Assembly: GCA_951406725.2 (NCBI GenBank)
Contig: OX597828.1
Location: 33,356,001 to 33,420,000 of the forward strand
Length of the DNA stretch: 64,000 bases
From: Octopus vulgaris
Taxonomy: Eukaryota
Direction of reading: 5' to 3'
Shown here: piece after piece, positions 57,646 to 64,000 of the stretch
Layout of the letters: the number at the start of each line of letters is the position of its first letter
Numbering within the stretch: the first letter of the stretch is position 1
Notes under the pieces: generated by a model
What the model was told of the DNA's origin: nothing
What the model saw: the letters and a program-made list of their open reading frames with translations, nothing else
Database searches by the model: none
Translations under genes and position numbers: made by a program

Positions 57646-57676
<31 letters not shown>

Positions 57677-57831
57677 TGTATGTATGTATGTATGTATGCA
57701 TGTGATCTTAATGTTAGTTCAAAAATGTTTGTGACATATTTCATCTTCTAAATGTAATTTTACTGCAGTTTGTCGCGGAGAAAAGATTTCTCAGTAATGG
57801 TAAAAGATGTGAAGACAAAGATTTTAGCTTA

Positions 57832-58003
57832 GTAGCGCCCTCTCAGATTTCTTACCTTTCCACAGAAGGAGATACTGAAGAAAGACAACCGTGAAACGAT
57901 TAGAAAACCGTAGCTTCGTGGCGCCTTCTCGGATTCTTTAGCTTCCCAAAGAGGGAGACACCAAAGAAACACAACCGAGAAACGATTAGAAAACCGTAGC
58001 TTC
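57832..58003. repeat. Tandem duplication, 2 x 86 bp
   Basis: CAACCG(T/A)GAAACGATTAGAAAACCGTAGCTTC ends each unit. Confidence 0.85.
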
Positions 58004-58236
58004 ACAATGTAACTTTGAATATTGACTAACTTGCGCCGGTCGACGACCAGGCCAGAACAAATATAATAATATCAGCGCTAATCTGGGATAAGAAATAAAC
58101 AAGCTTTAGGTTAGTTAAAATATGTGACATATTTTGATTTCTAAACGCAATTTTACTGCATGTTACCATGGAAAAGAAATTATTTGCTTACGGTAAAAGG
58201 TATCACAAGCATTGATTGTTATACCATAGAGTACGT

Positions 58237-58438
58237 CGTTCTAAAGATAGAATTTTAATCATTTTGTCTTGCCTAAATACATACATTTTCTGGGTTTGTT
58301 GAGTATGTATAAAGACTGGTTGATTATTTCTCAGTTACGTGGTTCTAAAGCAAGATTTTTAACCAGATTTTCATGCCCATATACAGAAATCTACTAGATT
58401 TGTTGAGTATATAAACAGACTTGTTGTTTATTTCTCAG
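58237..58438. repeat. Diverged tandem duplication, 2 x ~104 bp
   Basis: GTTCTAAAG...TTTGTTGAGTAT...TTCTCAG occurs twice. Confidence 0.7.
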
Positions 58439-58515
58439 GGACTGGTCGCAATGATGAAGACACGTCAGATGTGAAACCAATAGGTTTCGAAAATCGTTTA
58501 ACGTTGTTCGTTATA

Positions 58516-58900
58516 TCTCTCTCTATATAAACGGCAGTTTGTCTGTGCGTTTTCTGTGTGTCTGTTTTCTCGTACCCTCACTCTGACCACGGCTTTCAAC
58601 CGATTCTGATGAAACTTGACACACACATAGCCCAATGTCATAATTCAAAACTAACGCAGCGAAAATTTTGAAAAGTTCCCCCAGTTCTGAAAAAAATCGA
58701 TAAATTCGACATGGGGTCGAGAATCAGAAACCCAAACCACAGACCGTCTAGGGGACGCAACTCCACCTTTTTTAACTTTCAAAAAAAATTTACCATCATT
58801 TTTTTTTCCATTTTTTTGCTATTTTTTGGCTATAACTCTCTAAAAATGCTTTATAGTTATTTCCCTTACAAACCTGAGCAACGCCGGGCGATACTGCTAG
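58516..58900 (+). mobile_element. Non-autonomous Helitron
   Basis: A|TCTCTCTCTATATAA 5' end, hairpin CCTGAGCAACGCCGGG, CTAG|T 3' end. Confidence 0.85.
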
Positions 58901-59446
58901 TATTCAATATACCGAGAAATAGTTAAATGCACTCTGTATATCTGCAACGAATGTTACCTGTGTGTGTGTGCGCGCATGTGTATTTGTGAGTGTGCATGCT
59001 CGCTCGCGTGTGAATATGTGTGTCTGTGTGTATGTATGGTATGTATGCGTATGTGTGTCTGTGTGTATGTATGGTATGTATGTGTGTGTGTCTCTGTGTG
59101 TGTTCGTGTGTGCATGTGTATGCGCGTGTAGGTACATTTAGGCATCAATTACAAAAATTATTATATCGCAATTATAATAATTTTCTTTCGCTTCTACAAA
59201 GCAATTAGGAGAATTTCCATAAACCAACTGTTAAACAATAACAGAATGATTACACAAGTAGAGCTAAACCGAGGAGACACTTAGCTATTAAATGACACTA
59301 TACATTGAAATAAATACGGAAGAATGTATTTAGCATTCATTTTAGTCATTGTTTAATACATAATTTTCAAGAGCCTATTCGTTTTAGGTGCACTTATGTA
59401 TCACCATATAAATGAAGTGTGTGTACACAGATAGATAGATATATAC

Positions 59447-59497
<51 letters not shown>

Positions 59498-59582
59498 TGT
59501 ATGTCGATAGATGGATAGGTAGAGTAATCACATATATATATATATATAATTTATATTACGTATATATACAGGCATATGTATA

Positions 59583-59654
<72 letters not shown>

Positions 59655-59713
59655 TATATGTAGGCACGAATGTATATATGTGCATATCTATGTTTTGCCT
59701 TAGCCATGTTTCG

Positions 59714-59747
<34 letters not shown>

Positions 59748-59814
59748 TTCCATACGCATTTGTATGTTTGCATGAGTGCATGTATGTGTACATATATAAT
59801 ACATGTATGTATAT

Positions 59815-59878
<64 letters not shown>

Positions 59879-60224
59879 GTGCATGTACATATGTACATAT
59901 ATATGCATATATATATATATTAATGTGTGAGGGAGTGTGTGTGTGCGCGTACATATATATGTATATATACATACAACATACGCACACATACATACATACA
60001 TTATATATATATATATATATATATACACGCATGCATGTATGCAAATGTGTATATAGGTATGTAGATAAATCTATGAGGGTGTTATTTGGAACCTGGAACA
60101 CGTGCGGTATATATTAAGCTCAAAAAACGCGAAATAAATTCAGTAATGTGTAAGATAATGCCTGTTGAAATGCTAGATTAAGAAAACAAAGTGAACAAAA
60201 ATAACAAATGTAATAAAACTAATA

Positions 60225-60275
60225 GCAAAAACAACATCAACAACAACAACAACGATAATAATAATAATAATAATG

Positions 60276-60342
<67 letters not shown>

Positions 60343-60357
60343 CAATAATAAAAATAA

Positions 60358-60388
<31 letters not shown>

Positions 60389-60394
60389 AATAAT

Positions 60395-60452
<58 letters not shown>

Positions 60453-60467
60453 GCAATATTAATAATG

Positions 60468-60538
<71 letters not shown>

Positions 60539-60540
60539 CA
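60225..60540. repeat. (AAT)n/(AAC)n trinucleotide array
   Basis: Visible array. Confidence 0.95.
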
Positions 60541-60805
60541 TGCTTCCTTGTTTCTTTATTGGCTGTCAATGGAATATTTGAAAATGTCAATGTAGTTAGT
60601 TTCCCGGTTTTTCGTTAAAAATTGAGTGAGTCTTGTGTGTGTCTATTTTTATACACATGTAAGAGTGTGTGTGCGTTCAAATATGGATATATACTTATAT
60701 ATCTGTGTGCTTATATATGTCTGTATATATATATATATATATATATATGTGTACAGTATATATATATATGTATATTTATATATATATATATAGAATGTAT
60801 ATATA

Positions 60806-60881
<76 letters not shown>

Positions 60882-60966
60882 ATATATATATATGATATTC
60901 ATATATATTTCAACTATATATATAAAGTATATACGCATATATACATATATATATGTACATTATATG

Positions 60967-61008
<42 letters not shown>

Positions 61009-61931
61009 ATGTATATATATATGCATGTATAAGCGTATTAGCATAGATGTTTTTGCCTATATTCATGTGCAGTAAAATGTACTTAGTTATTATCTATGTA
61101 TGTCTATGTATGTATGTATGTATGTAGGTAGGTAGGTAAGTAGGTAGGTAGGTAGATAGGTAGGTAGGAATGAAGGCATGCATGTATGCAAATACATGCA
61201 CGTTTCACTCACATGCATACTCGCATTTACACTGAGAAAGATGGTGAGTGTGAGGAAGGTAGATTGATAGAGAGAGAGAGACAGATTGACAGAGAGAAAA
61301 AATAGAGAAAAGAAAATAGATAGAAAACGAAAAAAAAAAAAAGGAGAGGATGGCGGGAAATAGCGGGATACAAGAATTGACACATATGTAGGAATATCTG
61401 TACATATTTTAACTTCGATATCTTTTTTGCAGATATCTGCAAAAGAAAATGAAATATATTGACATCTAACATTCTTTTAATTCCAGAAACTTGTTTTCTT
61501 TACTCGAGTTGTTGTTGTCGTTGTTGTTGTTCTTGGTGCATAGAAGAATTCAACAAGATTCTGTATATTGTACGTAACTGCATTTTTATTTACTCTCTCT
61601 TCATTGACGTATAGATATTTTCGAAATATTTATTGTGTTTTTTCTTTTTTTCATTTCATTCTCTTTTGCTTATATTTTTTTTTTTACTTATTAGTTACAT
61701 ATTTTTATATACTTATGTTTTGCAGGATTCGAAAGTTTTTTCTTTCTTTTTTTCTTTTCATACATCCTTATCTATAAAGGTTTTCATGCAAGTAAGTTTA
61801 TTCTATTAACAAACGAAAATAAGAATTAGAAAAAAAAATCATTTACTTGCATACACACATATATATTCATATATACACACACGCACGTACATGTGTATAC
61901 GTATGTGTATGCATGCGCGTTTGTATATAAG

Positions 61932-61971
<40 letters not shown>

Positions 61972-63279
61972 GGGGAGGTGTTTGTGAATGCTTGTGTGTG
62001 TGTGTGTCGTAATATTCGACTTTCCAATATGATATATGTATGTGTGTATATGTGTGTGTGAATGCATATACCTATATATATTTAAATGCACTCATACACA
62101 ATAAAATAAAAAAAATATTAATTTAGCTAAGGGAAATAACTCAAATAAACCAATGTCATGAATTAACATAAATGCAGTTTCCATGGATGCGGCGAATGAC
62201 GTATGCAAAAACATCCCTAATGAGTTGAAGTTTTGTTCTTAGTTCAACAGAGAAAACATAAAGCTAGCAGCATTCGTTAGTGACTCACAAAGAAAAGAGA
62301 AGATAATTTCACTAAATTAAGAATTGTTAAAAAAAATCGTTAAGTCACATGCTTAAAGGGAATTCTGACATTTGTTAACGTCCCTCAAGCAAGGCGCTTA
62401 ATTTTTTATTTTGCTTTCATTAATTCAAATTTTTTGGCATTATCTCCCTTTTCTTCAGTGGAACACTAACGAATGCTGCAAGGTTTAGTTTTCGTTCTCC
62501 AACTAGAAAGAACAAGTCTTATTCATTAGAAATCTTCTGAGTAGGTCCTTCCGCATATCCATATATATTTTATTTATTTTGGTCTTTGTTGAATTATTTC
62601 CTTAAGTCCAATATTGTTCATTATGCAAATTACAGCTCGTTAAACGTCAATCGAAGCCTTGTTTTTCTCTACATACCATATTATTTTTACCGATCAAGCG
62701 AATTTGTATAATCTATGCTTAACTGACAAGCTCCAAAGAGATCATGATATCTGTTATGACAATTTAAGGTATTTAACTAATTTTGATTTAAGGAAATTGT
62801 ATTCCTTTCTCGTTGGCAGCCACTAACCTATAGTATTATGTTCTTATTTCTTTCTACAACCAGTTTCAGCTTATTACAATACTTCTACGTACGATATTCA
62901 GTAAATCAATACATACTATATGCATGTATGTATGTATGTATGTATGTATGTATGTATGTATGTATGTATGTATGTATTTTTTTACAAACTCTCGTGAGAA
63001 CGTGAACAATTCTTTTTGGAAGACTGGATCACGTCTAATGACATCAAGAACATATAATTCTCATTGGAAAGAACACAATTTCTAAAATAGATGAAGACCA
63101 TCAAGGGACGTTTTTTGATCCAATGTTAGAACGCCTGTCAAGGTCAAAGGAGATGTAGACTCGTGTCCCATTGGCAGTCTTTGTGGGGGGATTTCTGATC
63201 AAAAGGGATTTTTTTCAACCCACATGCTATTATTTATAGCTCTTTGTGCTTCGTGTTCCATTGTTCCAAATCTGTGTGT

Positions 63280-63361
<82 letters not shown>

Positions 63362-63875
63362 GTACATATGTATGTGTCTATATATATGAGTATGTACGTA
63401 TATATCGGGGAAGAGAGCAGAATTCAACTCATGGAGGACTTCAAATATTAATAAGCAGGTTGACTAAGCTCCATAGTACTCAAATTTCGTAGACCTAGAG
63501 AACTGGTTAATTCATCAGATATTTACGGTCAGGGCGAAGAAAAACTCAAATAGGTTCTCAGAGAGAATATTTGGAGGAAGGTGGTCAGTTCAGGCTACGC
63601 GGATATGTTAGCAAAAGGATGATTACACATAGTTCTATTTATTGTTCTATGTTGTGGCGAGGAGAACATTCCAGCGAAATCAGGCGGCTTACAAACCTGC
63701 TTCCCAATTTCGAGAATATAGTGACATCAGGTGACCGTGGAAAGAAATGGAATATATAAATGATTTCTGTCCCTCGTGGCAAGATAATTGAGCACATCGT
63801 GCCATGTTATATATCAGTACTTTAGTTACTTTACTTGGAAGTTGCTTTTCCTTTCGAGATCAGGTTGTTAAATAG

Positions 63876-64000
63876 TGAGTCATTCCTAAGGTATTTTCGA
63901 TGTTATTATTATTATTATTATCATCATCATCATCATCATCATTCAGGTCATTGACTGAAATCGAACTCAGAATATTGGGCATATAGCGTAGTGGTTAAGA
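63876..64000. mobile_element. Partial second copy of the 51997-52261 SINE-like element, with inverted head
   Basis: CATTCCTAAGGTATTTTCGATG(TTA)n matches 52148-52197 in the same orientation, but GGGCATATAGCGTAGTGGTTAAGA at 63977-64000 is in the opposite orientation. Confidence 0.65.

Noticed and set aside
57875-57905. CTGAAGA...GAAACG hammerhead-like boxes; similar partial hits at ~21850, ~29910-29943, ~48325 and ~58450-58490
   Set aside because: Stems I/II do not pair convincingly, or one core box is missing.

Overview
AT-rich, microsatellite-saturated, non-genic animal DNA. It is most likely from an octopus/cephalopod genome, inferred from the tRNA-derived SINE families and the huge (TA)n/(TG)n/(GATA)n arrays. 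I recognise no host gene or exon, and almost all supplied ORFs are microsatellite read-through. The unique-looking sequence is mostly transposon debris: three tRNA-derived SINE families, RTE-clade LINE fragments, four Penelope-like (PLE) GIY-YIG endonuclease 3' fragments, a full-length frameshifted mariner (55523-56814) plus deleted mariners/MITEs, two non-autonomous Helitrons, a piggyBac end and a decayed hAT (Charlie/Buster-like) transposase. The most notable signal is a dense set of minimal type I hammerhead-ribozyme motifs in short elements embedded in (TA)n arrays. Together they show all four Watson-Crick versions of the core 3-8 pair (C-G, U-A, A-U, G-C). Several sit in foldback elements, one lies just downstream of a GIY-YIG fragment, and one degenerate copy is fused to a tRNA-like Pol III head. 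All structures were read by eye; none were computed.
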